DNA of 63,384 nucleotides, counting the filler, from Conidiobolus incongruus B7586 (Eukaryota): NCBI GenBank assembly GCA_000697335.1. It is 19 parts of 19 records of this genome, joined end to end, with 100 filler letters (N's around TTAATTAATTAA, not from the genome) between each part and the next. Parts side by side here need not be neighbours in the genome. Positions count along the whole stretch, not along the records: positions 37,211 to 42,884 come from JNEM01004319.1; positions 42,985 to 48,863 come from JNEM01004321.1; positions 48,964 to 54,054 come from JNEM01004323.1; positions 54,155 to 56,167 come from JNEM01004324.1; 15 more parts are not named here. One strand, 5' to 3'. The notes below the pieces were generated by a model. That model was not told where the DNA came from. It made no database searches and saw nothing but the letters and a program-made list of their open reading frames with translations. The position numbers and the translations under genes are program-made. Of the stretch, positions 41,144 through 54,623 are shown in pieces (within the stretch, counting starts at the first letter, position 1; each line of letters begins with the position of its first letter).

Positions 41144-43124
41144 ATTTGATATTTAAAAAATTTGAACAGCAGTTAAAAAAATATTTAAAATTCAACATTC
41201 TAGAGTATTGACATTGGTTTTATACTAGTTTATTCCATCATTATACAAATGAAAACAATATGAAACAAATCCCATATTATTTAAATATATAATAATACAT
41301 TTAACTTGAAAATATTTTAAAAGTTACTTATTTAAATAGTTATGACAAACCTATTTACTATAATTGTAATATAATATATTTCATTATATATTCTTAATTT
41401 CTATACGTGTATACATTCAAATAAATAACTTTAATTTTATCTATTATTTTTGTTCTTTTTTAATAAATCTTTAAATTTTTCATTTTAAAAATTGTTTAAA
41501 TTTTTATTTTTTTAATTTTAACTTAATCAGGTATAACAATAAACCATATATTAAAAATTCCATATAACACAAAATATTTATCTATATATTTAAATATTAT
41601 TATCCACCAACTGGTTCAAAATTTTTGTATTATTCCATTTGTATTTCTAAATTAAATGAGAATATAAAAATTTCAAAATGACGATTATATTTTTCTGAAT
41701 AAAGAAAATTATTAAACTATAATAATTTAAGGCGAAACTTTGTTTTCTAAATTTGGCAAACTGTGAAAGAATTGGTTTTAAAAATCATTGTTTCAAATCA
41801 ATTCCATTTATATTACTCAATAGCAAGTGTGTAATTATATGATGCTTTATAAACTACTTAAATTCATTTAAAAATAAATGACAAATCCACTTTTGGTGAA
41901 AATGATCTTTGTATCAGTGTATATCCAGTCACAATAGTTTAAATAGCATGATTTCATTAGCAAATTTTATAATTATTAAATAGTAGAATTCAACAATTTG
42001 TAAACAAAAAATATCAATATAATGCAAAAAACAACTCGAGGTTTGGCTAAATCTTTTTGAAACAATTTCTTACAATCAAGTAAATTAATAAATTGAATAA
42101 CACTCAAAATAAACAATAAACTAATATATTATAAAGTTTGCTTTGGATGAATAAAATATATATTGTCGTTATTAAATCATTTGAAAAACCGTTTTAGATT
42201 ATTACAAAATTTGTTATATAATTTTAATTTTCAATAGGAAAAATATTTTAATAAATCAATTCCAAAATGCATTTATAAATAATATGATTATAATATAAAG
42301 AATATTACACCTTAATTTAATATTAAAAAATATCTTAAATTAATTATATAATTTATTTTAAAATAGCTTTTTATTTATTTTAAATTGAAATAAGTTAGAT
42401 TATAATAGCTAAATAAATGAAATACAGTAATAAAGTATTTTATATTAAATTATTATAATCTAATAAATATAATTATTACTCATAGTAACAAGAATTGATG
42501 AGGATATGTCTTGAGAGTTCATTACAAGGATTAGTTATAAATGTTGCATAAAATTCGGAAGACCACGTGGCTTATATAAATGTCATATTTCACATAATAA
42601 TTATATATAATTAATTTATTATTACATCTTTTTGATTATTATTAAATAATATCTGAATAATATATAAATGTATAGTTTATATTTAATAGATTACATAAAA
42701 CAAACTATATAAAATATCCTTTGACGATCAAATAAATACTTTTTATTAAAATTTAAATTAATTTTATAAATTTTAATTAATATGATTTTTCAAAATCAAA
42801 GTTAAATTTCATTTAAATATATATTATATATTAATTTATAAAAAGTTCTAATGAGTAGTGAATTAATAATAATCAATATAAATANNNNNNNNNNNNNNNN
42901 NNNNNNNNNNNNNNNNNNNNNNNNNNNNTTAATTAATTAANNNNNNNNNNNNNNNNNNNNNNNNNNNNNNNNNNNNNNNNNNNNATAATTAATTATAAAT
43001 ATAAAATATATTTATATTAAGTGTTTATTTTTTATTATATCTATAAATTTTATATTGAAAATATATCATTATATAGCTAATCAGAATTTATTAAATTTAT
43101 TATATTAATAACAAAAATGAATAT

Positions 43125-43498
43125 TATAAGTGAATGATAAAAGTTAAAGATAAAGGAAGTAGGTTTCTTAATATCTTAGGAAATATATGATAATTAAATC
43201 CTTTAGTATTAAGGTGTTAATTAATAATAATAAGAAATATATTAATAGTTAAGCAAAAAGTTTATTTATGTAAGAAGTAATATAAATTAAAGTTTTAGCT
43301 AAAAAGAAAAATCTGAGTTTTTCTTATAATTAAGTAAAATATATACATATAAGTATATAAGGCTAAGTAAAAATAAAGTTACTTAAATATAAAGATTTAT
43401 AAAATATTGATAAAACATAATTTGGATAATTAAGTCTTTAGTAGTAAATTAAAGTGAGGAAAGGTATTAATTAAGTAGTAATTGTTATAATACTTACA
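43125..43498 (-). repeat. 3' LTR of the chromovirus
   Basis: TATAAG...CTTACA; aligns without gaps to 48345-48718. Confidence 0.9.
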
Positions 43499-46400
43499 CC
43501 TCCTTTAAACTATATTAAGCTACTAATATAATCTTACTCCCTTTAATTTTCTTAATATAAAATAAATAAGTGTAAGTGTTTTTAATTATTTTAAGTAGTT
43601 CTTAAGTTAACTTAAAATTAAAATAATTTAACCACTTTACAAAATAATAAAGTTTTCTATATTTTTTTTATATATAAAAATTTCATCAATATAATATTCT
43701 TTATCCCTTTAATTATTAATAATAGATAATAAAGGTTCTTTAAAATTTTAATTAAAAAACTTATCTTTAAGTTAATAATATATTTTTAACAATGAAGTAT
43801 AGAAGATTAAATAATATTGATAAGTTTTTAATAATATTAATTTAAAATTTCTAAGTTTAAAGTTTGCTTTAAAGATATAAAATAGTTTAATCTAATATAG
43901 TAAAAGCTTTTAATTTGTATTGTTTCTAGATATTTGCTTGGTAAAAAATATATCTGTTGTATTTAAAGAGACTAAAGACTTAGATTTATATTTAAATAGA
44001 GTTTTGTAGAATTTTCAATAATAATTTTTATTGTATAATTGTTTTAACTTTGTTAGTTCTAATAATATTTAGTAGATTAATTCAAATCTTTCTAATTTAT
44101 CTATAATAAACTTATTAATAATAATATCTAAGTTAAAGCTAATTAATAAGTTAAGATATTATTTATAATTTATAAAATAAGGAGTTAAACTATTAAACTA
44201 ATTAATTAAATTGTTATAAGTAAATTATAAATAAAGTAAAAGAGATTCTTAATTATTTTAAATAAAGTTAATATAATTTTTAACCATTTCTTTTAAAGTT
44301 TAAATAATTTTCTTAACTAGTTTATTTAATTAATAATAGCAAATGATATTAAGCTTTATATTATTATTTATATGTTATATAAAAGCTTTCTAGAATTTTA
44401 AAGTAAATTTAAGATTTTTATCAGTGATAATAATAATAAATAATTTATATAATAAAATCACCTTTTTAATTAACAAGTTAGCTACTTTAAACACTATAAC
44501 TATTTTATAAGTAGGAATAAAATAAGCAAATCTGTTATATAAATCAACAACTATTAAAATATTATCATAGCTTTTTTTAACTTAGGTATCCGTATCAAGT
44601 TAAGTTATATTTAAGTTTAAAGTTTAAATAATAAAGGTAAAGAATTTAATTCACCAACTATCTTCTTTATATTATATTTATTTCTTTAACAGTTATTATA
44701 AGATTTATAGTAGCTTTTTACCAACTTAATTAATTTTAGTATATAATATTTTATTTAAATTTTATTAATAAGTTAAATTTAACTATAATATCTACTTAAC
44801 TTATAATTGTGGTATTATTCTAAAATTTTCAATTAAAGGTTAAAGACTTTTAAAATATATAATTTATTATATTTATTTAACAAACCATTTAATATTTAAA
44901 ATCTTTTATATTTAAAAAGTTTTTTCTTATTATTCTCTTCTATTTTAGTTTTAATTATTAAATAAAAGTTATTACATTATAGTTTTTCTTTTAAAATCTA
45001 ATAAAAGTTTTTATTATTTAAGGTAATAACTGTTAAGCTAGTTTCAATTGGTTTTTTATATTTATTACATATTAGTGTATAAATTAGATTTTTACTCAAT
45101 ATATCTATAACCTTATTCTACTTACTAAAAAGGTATTTAATTAACAATAGATACTTTTAGATAGTTTTTATCTATCAAATCTATTTTTTAGATAGGTGCT
45201 TTTGTGAATTTAAGTAAATTAATAATTTATAATTTTTTAAGTATAGAAACTATTGATAAAATAACCAAAAACTAAATTTTTTTATGATTTCTACCAATGT
45301 CAATATTTTTTACTTATATACAAGATAATTTTATCTAGTAAGTGTTAATATTTTAAATTAAAACACTAAAGGCTTTAGATTTAAATATTTAAAAACCTTT
45401 TAGTGTTTGGTTATCTTTTCTAAAGTTTTAAAGTGATTATACTTTTTAAAATCTTTAATAATTTTGCTTTGTATTATTTAACTACCTATAATATAAACAA
45501 ACATATCTATAAATACAATTACAAGTAATTTAAGATTAAATATAATAAGTATTAAAATTATAGTAATTTTATAGATTAGTGTATAAAAAAAAGTTTTATT
45601 AGGGATTTAAGTAAATAGTTTATCTTTCTTTAATAAGTTAGATATAAAACTAATAAACTTAATAAATATAGGAATATAATCTTTAAAATATATAATTCAT
45701 CTTAAAAAAGCTATTATTTGATGTTTATTGATAAAAATTATAATGTTATATAATCTTTCAAGTTTTATTAAGTTGATAAATTTTTTTTAGAAAAGATAAT
45801 ATAACTATAAAATAAAATAGATAAAGCAACAAAAATATATTTAGAGAGTTTTATTAATAGCTAATTTTAGTTGAATATCTATAAAATAATCTTTATGTAC
45901 AAAATATAATTATCTAAAGTCTTTAAATAAACTAAAATATTATTTAAGTAGCATATAATAAATTTATTATAATACTTGTTAAATAAACTATTTATAAGTT
46001 TTATAAATATAACAAATATATTATAAAATTTAAAATTATAACTTTAAATATATAATACTTTAATATATAATAAAAAGTAGTTAAAGGGATACTTTATTTA
46101 TTAATTAAAATATTATAATAGTTATTCTTAAGATTTATTTTAATAAAGTAGTTAACACTTATAAATCTATTTTAATTTCATTTAAATTAAGTAAAAAAGT
46201 TTTATCTTTAATTGTTTTACTATTAAAAACTCTATTATTAATATAAAGTTACCAATCTTTATTATGTTTTTTAATAAAAAAAAATTGGTAAACTTTAAGG
46301 GTTTATAGAAAATTATATAAAATTTAATTCTAATAGCTTATTTATTTCTTCACAAAAAACTTTATACTATTTAAATGAAAAATAATAAGGTAATTTATAA

Positions 46401-48344
46401 TAAGATTAAATATTAGATAATAGTTTAATTTTATAAGCTATATTTATTTAGTGATAAAATAGTTAAAACTTTAAAAACATTTTTATATTTATTAACAACC
46501 TTATATAATAAATTTTTGATATTTAAAACATCTTTTAGATTTTGTAAAGAACTAAAAATAGTGTTAATATTGATATAAATTATATTAGATTAATTTTCTA
46601 ACTTCTTAATTAAATTCACAAAGGATATTCTTAAAATTATTATATTATTAAAAAAGGTATTATTAGTACCTTTTTTTATAATAGAATTAGTTGTTAACTT
46701 AAACTATTATAGCAAAGTAAAAAAATATACTCATTAGATAAACTTTTATTTAAGATAATTGGATAATACTTTTAAAACTAATTAAAACCTATAATAGTGT
46801 TATATTTTATAAAACCTATTATAAATTAAATTTTTTTAAAATGACTTATTACTAATAAAATATTAAAATATCAAAATCTTTTAATAATTTATTAAGTATT
46901 ATTTATATAATTTAATACTACATTTGTTCAATTATAAGATAATTTAAATCTCTTAATAACATTTTCATTAATAAATTTATTATTATATTTAAAGTTAAAT
47001 AAGAAAGAAATAAAGTGTTTGTTTAAAATACCATTGAAGATTTATAAGGAACATAATTTATTTTCCTTAGAATTTAACAAATAAAAGTTTAAATAGATAT
47101 TACTTTTCTTTTCTAATTAATTTTAAAATAATTTTTAGTTATTTAAATATAATTTCAAAGGTTTATTATAAAAAATTTTTGACAAAGATTTCTCTTTATT
47201 ATTTTAACTCTATTAAGTTAAATTTAAACTAGATTAATTATTAATCTGTTAATTACTTTATTATTTACTTAAATATTATTGTTTAAAACTATATCACTAA
47301 AGTTTTTAATATTAAATAGCTTCTTAAAACATTTATTCTAATGGTAATCAATATTAATTTATATATAATAAAAGTATCTTTTATTTTTTCTTAAGTATAA
47401 TTTTTCTTTTTTAGTTAAATATTCTTTTTTTTGTATTGTAGATATATTTATAATATTAAGATTAAATAATTTAAATAGGGAATTATTAAAGCTTGTGTAA
47501 AAACTCTTATTTATTTCTTTAATATAATTCTAATCATCTTCTACTTTAATAGCTGTTTTAATTAAAGTAGCAAAATTAACTGTTTTTATATTAATTTTAG
47601 TGTAGACAACTATAAAAATATTAAGCTTAAATTTTCTCTTGAACCTGTTTTTTTATTTTTAAACAAGTTAAGAATCTTTAATTTAAGCTAAATAAATTCT
47701 TTTATAAAATTTCTAATTGAAGATATTTAAGTAATCTTTGTTAACTTGTTTTAAGTTAAAGTAATTATATTTAATTAATAAAACTTTTACTTAATTATTT
47801 ATTTAAATTAGTTAAATGTTTAGATTTTATTAAAATGAAAAGAACTACTAATAAAATTAAGTGTGTTTTTTAAGTATTTATATTACTAAAGATTATTATA
47901 AGAGGTTAATTTAGATGTTGAAATTTTTACTAAATTATATAAATCTAGAGTTTTTATTTTTTTAAGGAATTTAATTAGTTTATCTAAAAATTCTTTTAGT
48001 TTTTTCAGAGATTTTAAGTTGTTATAAGTAATTAAGTTATTTACAAAGAACTTAACTTTGTTAAAGCTTCTTAAAATAAATAGTAAAACTTTATAACTAT
48101 TTCATTCAACTATTATTTGTTATATATATTTGATTTATTGGGTTTATTTTAATTTTAGTCTACACTTAATAAAAGTACCATTAATATTAATAAAATCTTA
48201 TTAACTAATAGAATAATAGTTATTGTTATTAGAACTTTAAGTATTTATCTTGTTTTAGTTATATATAAAACAATAAGTTATAATTATAAAATTTTTAACT
48301 ATAGTAATAAAAGTACTTTTAAATCTTTTTAATCATTGCTATTA

Positions 48345-48718
48345 TATAAGTAAATAATAATAATTAAAGGTAAAAGAAGCAAATTTTTTAATACCTTAAG
48401 AAATATATAATAACTAGATCTTTTAGTATTTAAATGTTAACTAATAAAAAAAAGAAATATATTAATAGTTAGGTAAAAAGTTTATTTATGTAAAAAATAA
48501 TATAAGCTAAAGTTTTAGTTAAAGAGAAAAATCTAAGTTTTTCTTATAATTAAATAAAATATATACACATAAGTATCTAAGCTTAAGTAATAGTAAAGTT
48601 ACTCAGATATAAAAATTTATAAAATGTTAATAAAACTTAATTTGGATAATTAGGTCTTTAATAGTGAAATAGAGTGAGAAAAAGTATTAATTAAGTAGTA
48701 ATTATTATAATACTTATA
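48345..48718 (-). repeat. 5' LTR of the chromovirus
   Basis: TATAAG...CTTATA; aligns without gaps to 43125-43498. Confidence 0.9.
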
Positions 48719-48989
48719 AATATTTTGAAAAATAATTTATTAATTAATTTATATTAAAATTATAAAAATTGATAAAAAAATTAAATTTAATAATAATTTG
48801 ATTTATTATTTTTATAAATAAATATATATAATCAAAATATAATTATTTTATTTGATTATATTTNNNNNNNNNNNNNNNNNNNNNNNNNNNNNNNNNNNNN
48901 NNNNNNNTTAATTAATTAANNNNNNNNNNNNNNNNNNNNNNNNNNNNNNNNNNNNNNNNNNNNAAATAATATAATATAAAAATATAATT

Positions 48990-49190
48990 ATATACTATTG
49001 AAGTATAAATAAAGTTTTATTAACTATTAATTTATAATAAGTTATTAATATAATAGGTTTTATAATAGATAATACTACTATATTATAATATTGGTAAATT
49101 ATAATTTTAATTTGAAAAATAAAAAGAATTATAAGAATTAAGAAAAAAAACCTAGTTTATTAAATAATTTAATATTTTTATATAATTAAT
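48990..49190 (-). mobile_element. Family B LTR fragment
   Basis: Shares AAGAATTAAGAAAAAAAACCTAGTTTATTAAATAATT with 3654-3700. Confidence 0.55.
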
Positions 49191-50364
49191 ATTTAAACTA
49201 ATATATATATATTAGATATTAATATAATAAATATCAACTAACCTAGATATTCTTTAGATAAAATAAAATAATATTAATTAATATATATTTAATATGTTAC
49301 TTAGTAAAAAAAATAATATTAAATATTAAATATTAAATTTTTAAATTTAATTAAATATTAAAAATTATCCGATTTATATTTAAAATAACAAATCTAACAA
49401 GAAATGATAACTTTAAGTAAAATACTATTATTATATACAATTTACAAGTCTTAAATAGTATTAGAAAGTTTATGGTTGATCTTAATAATATTAAAATAAA
49501 AGACAATTGATAATCACTATTAAATTTATATATATATATTTGAATTTAACTTTAAATTTTTAAAAGTATTTTAATAAAAAAATTACAAAATTTATATATA
49601 TATAATCCAAAGTATTAATTGTTTTATATATTATATATAACTCATTTTTCAAACTAACAATATATTTGAAATATCAATAATTAAACAATTTGCTGTTTTT
49701 TTCTGAAATAATAAAAATCGAAAATAATGAATTTCAACAAAATCAAACATTTTATTAAGAGCAAAGTTTGAAATTAAATTTCTTGGAGCATGATTTAACT
49801 TAATGTTGTTCTAATATATGATATTTTATGGTTGATATATATTAATAAAACAAAAATTATTGAATTAATAGCTTTAATTATTAAATTATTTCGGATATTC
49901 AACAATAAAAACTAACGTTTATGGAATTCATGATATGTTGGGATTTTAAATAGAAAGACTCAATCCAAAATAAATTGTACAGTTTCTATATTATAATTAT
50001 AGTTATAATCAATTTGAATATTAATTTCAAATTTTATGTAATTTTTAATACAATAGCCAGAATTGTAATATCAGTAGTTTAAAATATAAAAAATTTAACG
50101 ATACTAAACAAATTTATCATACAAATTCTTATTGTCTCATTTTCTCAGACCAATAATTAAAATATCCCATAAATCAATAAATTGATTCTAATTAAATTGT
50201 AAATTATATTGAGTATAAATAATATAATATTATGTTAATAAAGGTTGACAAAGTATATTATAAAATATTGTCTAAATATAATTGAGATACGTAAGTATAC
50301 AATATAACTACAGCATTTGAATGAAGTATTGATAATAAAATAGATAAGTTAAAAAACTTAAGCA

Positions 50365-53100
50365 ATGACTTCTAATCCAATCAAATTTTCTTCAGACTGG
50401 TAAGATCTGATGACTTGAGCAAATAATAGTTAAATAATTTCAATACCTAGGAGACAAAAGCAATCCAATGTCACCGACAAAAACTCTTTTTGCGATTTAA
50501 ATAAATTCTCTTATTCCTCTGTAGCTGCACCTGGTGTTAAAAAAATTGAGCCAAATAGTGGGGATATAGTCACTGGGCTTGGTGGTCAGGTTGATGATGA
50601 AGGAAATATCACTTTAAAATATAGCAAAGATCAAATCTTAAATCTGTTTCAAAGCTTTCCCATCCCTCATAACTTTGAAAGTCACGAATATGTAACAGCC
50701 AATGAATCCCTTATCCCTGTTTCACATACTCCCTTATCTGAACTAGAAACTAAGCTTATGGCCAGTGGGTCTATTAACAGCCAACCTAATCGCAAGACTC
50801 CTCACAATAACCACACTACTGGCGTAGGAAGAGGTACCCACCAGCATCAAAACCGCAACAACAAGCCCAACCTCAACAGAAATCATCATTCTGCTAGCTC
50901 CACACTTCCTAAGTCCCAGTTCCAAAGCAACCCAGACTGGGGCTCAGTCAACAAAAATAACATTGGAGTCTTTACTAGAGATGGTGTTTTTCAAATCGAA
51001 GGCGACCCATCCGATTTGCTTGAGCCTTTGCCTACCGACTCTACCAGCCTACTCAACCCAGTGAATGAAGATTCACTCTCGTTCATATCCCATCCCTCAG
51101 AATGGGACGACTCAACTGATCTCTCTACAACCACCACCTCCACTACTAACGATCGCACTCCCTTAAGGAACATTCTTTCTAACCTCCCTACTTTTGATGG
51201 GGAGCAACCTATCCAGCCTCCTCGAATTTCTAACTGGTACTATATGGATGTCCAGGGTGAAATCCAAGGCCCCTTCAAAGGTGAGGACATGCAGGAATGG
51301 TATGCCAATGGCTATTTTACTCTCGATCTTCCAGTCAAGAGAGAAGAAGAGACCACTTTTGAGCCCTTAGCCTATTTGATATCAAGGGTTGGAAATGAAA
51401 CACACCCATTCTTAACACCTTCCCGTGCTTCCCACTTGAGGACCATTAAAACCCCTCGAAGCGCCCGCAGCCATCCCCAATATGCCTCCAAGTCCCAGGA
51501 TCCATATCGATCTGGACTAGGTAGCACCTCTCCCTATTCCTTGGAGCCTAACGAAGTCAGCTACCACGATCCTGCTGCATACTTCCAATCTTCATATAGC
51601 AACCCTCGATTGCCTCAGCACGACTCATATTCAGGTTATTCGAGTCTGCTTGACCGCCATCACTTCCAAGTCCAACCCATGAACAATTTTGGTTTTGGAG
51701 ACATGTCGCATCACTTCGGCGTTTCACATCAGCAGCACTTTGCCAAAAACTACTATAACGCCGACCCACGCCCACCATTCCGACAAGCTCACTCAGATCA
51801 TTCCTTATCATGGCTCTCCAGCCAAGCCCATGCCTCATACCAACAGCAATCTCACTGGAATTCTATTAATTCCGATCAACCTCTTGATACTACTCAATCA
51901 GAAACAGGAGGTATTGATGGCAGCGAACTATCTATGAAAGTGAAGCAACCACCTGAAGAGGCTGCGAATGCTCAAGAGAGTCAGCTCTCTGAAGGTATCA
52001 ACAAACTTCAGATTGACCGAGAACAAACTCCCGAAGTTGAGCCCAGTTCGGTCCTAGCTGACGAATCTACCACAAGTTCTCGCGATCAGACTGAGAAACA
52101 ATCTGAAGAGGACCAAGAGCCAAAACCTTCCGAACCCGTACCTCTAGAAATCAAGTCCGAACCGGTAGACCCTATTTATGCATCAGCTGAAACTAATAAA
52201 CAAGATAATGAGGATACTGATTCTTCTGAACATCCGACATCCCCAGATGGCATCGAAAAATCCCCGGTAGATTCTAAGAATCAAACTTCTTCTCCAGTTT
52301 TTCCCACAAAACCTATTGGTACACTCATTCCACCAGCTCCTACTACTCCTGTATGGCAAAGTCGAGTTACCACCAAAAAGAGTCTTCTGGAGATTCAACA
52401 GGAGGAGCAGGAAGAAGCTGATCGCAGGGCTCAGCGTCAAAAGGCTTTGGAACGCTCCAACAATGCATCCAATGTCTCAAAACGCTATGCTGACACAGTA
52501 GCCAAACCTACTGGTAGTGCATGGGCTAGTGTTGCTAGCGCACGTCCTACCAACGCGCGCTCAATGGCTTCTACTGGAGTTACGCCTCGTTCTCAAACCT
52601 CGTTTGACTGGGATAGCGATAATAAATATTCCAATGATATTAGTGATCAATTTCCCAAGTTTCTTGCAGTCAACTCCACTCAAACTAGTACAGCAACCAA
52701 GAATCCACAGCCATCTAAAGGTCACACTCCAATCGATCCTGAGAACCCTCCCCAGCCATCTCTTGCTTTTACCCAATGGGCAGAATCCACTTTAAAACAC
52801 ATTCGAGGTATCCATCCTCCCGATTTCCTTGCAGTTTTACTTTCCTTTCCCTTGAACCCTACCTCTGCTTTCTATGAAATCGTTCAGGAGACTCTGTACC
52901 ATGGCCAAGACCCCAACAGCACAAACTTTTTAGATGGAAGCCGATTTGCCGATGAGTTCATTAAGCGTCGTAAGCAAGACTGTGGCTATATTAACGATCA
53001 AAATGTCTCCAAGGCAACTTTGTCTTCATCTTCTACTCAAAAGAAAGATACTGGTTTTCAAGTAGTTGGAAAGAAGGGAAAGAAGAAGGCTACTTTTTAA
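50365..53100 (+). CDS. GIGYF/Smy2-like GYF-domain protein (2 exons, 894 aa)
   Basis: Exon 1 is 50365-50399 (MTSNPIKFSSDW), then a GT-AG intron at 50400-50450, then exon 2 at 50451-53100, in frame with the 780-aa ORF. GYF domain WYYMDVQGEIQGPF...WYANGYF; KSLLEIQQEE motif; C-terminal FADEFIKRRK and GFQVVGKKGKKK. Confidence 0.92.
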
Positions 53101-54229
53101 TTGTTATCTTAATGTATAAACCCAGCCTTTTCCCTTCATCTGTTTCTATATGCTATTTCATTTTTTCATAACCTTAATTTAAAGGCCTATTTCAATTAAT
53201 ATTTACATCAACCAAAATGTAATATCATTTAAAAGTCAAATGAATGCATTAATCTTTTTGATTTATTTATTAGTCCTCAAATTATTTATATATTAATATC
53301 AATTTTTACTTATTTTTATCAACATTACTAAAAAATAATACCTATTACATATCAAATTTGCTAGATTAGTGATTATTCCTTTTATTGTATATTTAAACAT
53401 TAAATCTAAGCACCAATTGATTAAACATTGTAATTATTTTAATAAATCTCTATTAATGACCTTGATGTTTTTTGTTTATAATTAATCTAGTAATTATTTT
53501 ACTGACAATTTGTTTTAATATTTTCTGTTATTGATATTTTTTAACATATAAATGTTATAACAATTAAAAAACATTATTTCCAAATAATTAAATACAATAA
53601 AGGTAATCGTAATGTGGTTTTTATGGAAATTCTATTTAAATTATGAGTATATTAAACATAAAATATATATAAATATGAAACTTGAAATATATTTTCAATT
53701 TTTATAAATTAAATCTTATTAATACTTTTCAACCTTCTAATTCAATGTAAATAATCTCTATATTAAACCAACATATATTAATTTTATATTGACAACTGAG
53801 TTTGAAAAATATTTATTCAACTTTTAAAATTTTAATAATATAAAATAATTAACATAATTTTATTAAAATAATTAAATCGTAATCTAAAATAATAAACTTA
53901 AATTATTTAATAATAATTCTTATCTAAACTTTGTATATTGATAAATATTAATATAGATAATTTTTATAATAATTTTTGAAATTAAAATTAAATAATTATT
54001 AAAATATTTAATTTATAAATATAATTCTATAATATAAAATTGATGTTTTTTAAANNNNNNNNNNNNNNNNNNNNNNNNNNNNNNNNNNNNNNNNNNNNTT
54101 AATTAATTAANNNNNNNNNNNNNNNNNNNNNNNNNNNNNNNNNNNNNNNNNNNNTTATAATACTATTTAAATATTATCTATTTAAAGTTAAATATTTTTA
54201 AAAATATATATATAAATATAATAGTCACT

Positions 54230-54580
54230 TTATTAATATAATATAAAGGAAAACCTAATATAAAAATAAAATTATATAAAATATAATAATATAAAGATAT
54301 AGATAAAATTTAATTAAAATTAAAACTAAAATAAGTCATAAATATATAAAGATTGATATTGAATAATATTAATATAATATAGTATTAACAAGAAACTTTT
54401 TAATATTATAAAATAATATAAAAGATATTTTTTTGAATAAATTCAAAAAAACTTAGTTTATTAAGTAATTTAATATTAATTATATTATTAATTTAAATAT
54501 AAAGATATAAAATAATTATCTATTTTATAGTTAATTAAATTATATATAAATATAAATAAATATTTAAAAAATTAGTTTTT
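54230..54580 (-). mobile_element. Degenerate family B LTR-like sequence
   Basis: Similar to 3440-3810, e.g. AAAAAACTTAGTTTATTAAGTAATTTAATATT. Confidence 0.45.
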
Positions 54581-54623
54581 AAATATTTTTTTAATAAGTT
54601 TTTAAAAAAAAATATTTATTATA

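Larger units (their letters stand above)
43125..48718 (-). mobile_element. Full-length, hypermutated Ty3/gypsy chromovirus (5594 bp)
   Basis: 374-bp LTRs at 43125-43498 and 48345-48718 with TSD AATAT on both sides. PPT-like TTAAAGGAGG and PBS-like TAATAGCAATG. Motifs: PR FLFNFKY (FDSG-like), RT YFIKINLKNNYYNI and CYLNNILVY (YLDD), integrase YDNILIVVDLYNRFAYFIPT and IITDKN, chromodomain EYYIDEI...YYFVKWLNY. Confidence 0.92.

Noticed and set aside
50743..52795. Eight short ORFs overlapping the GYF gene
   Set aside because: Shadow ORFs within a GC-rich CDS.
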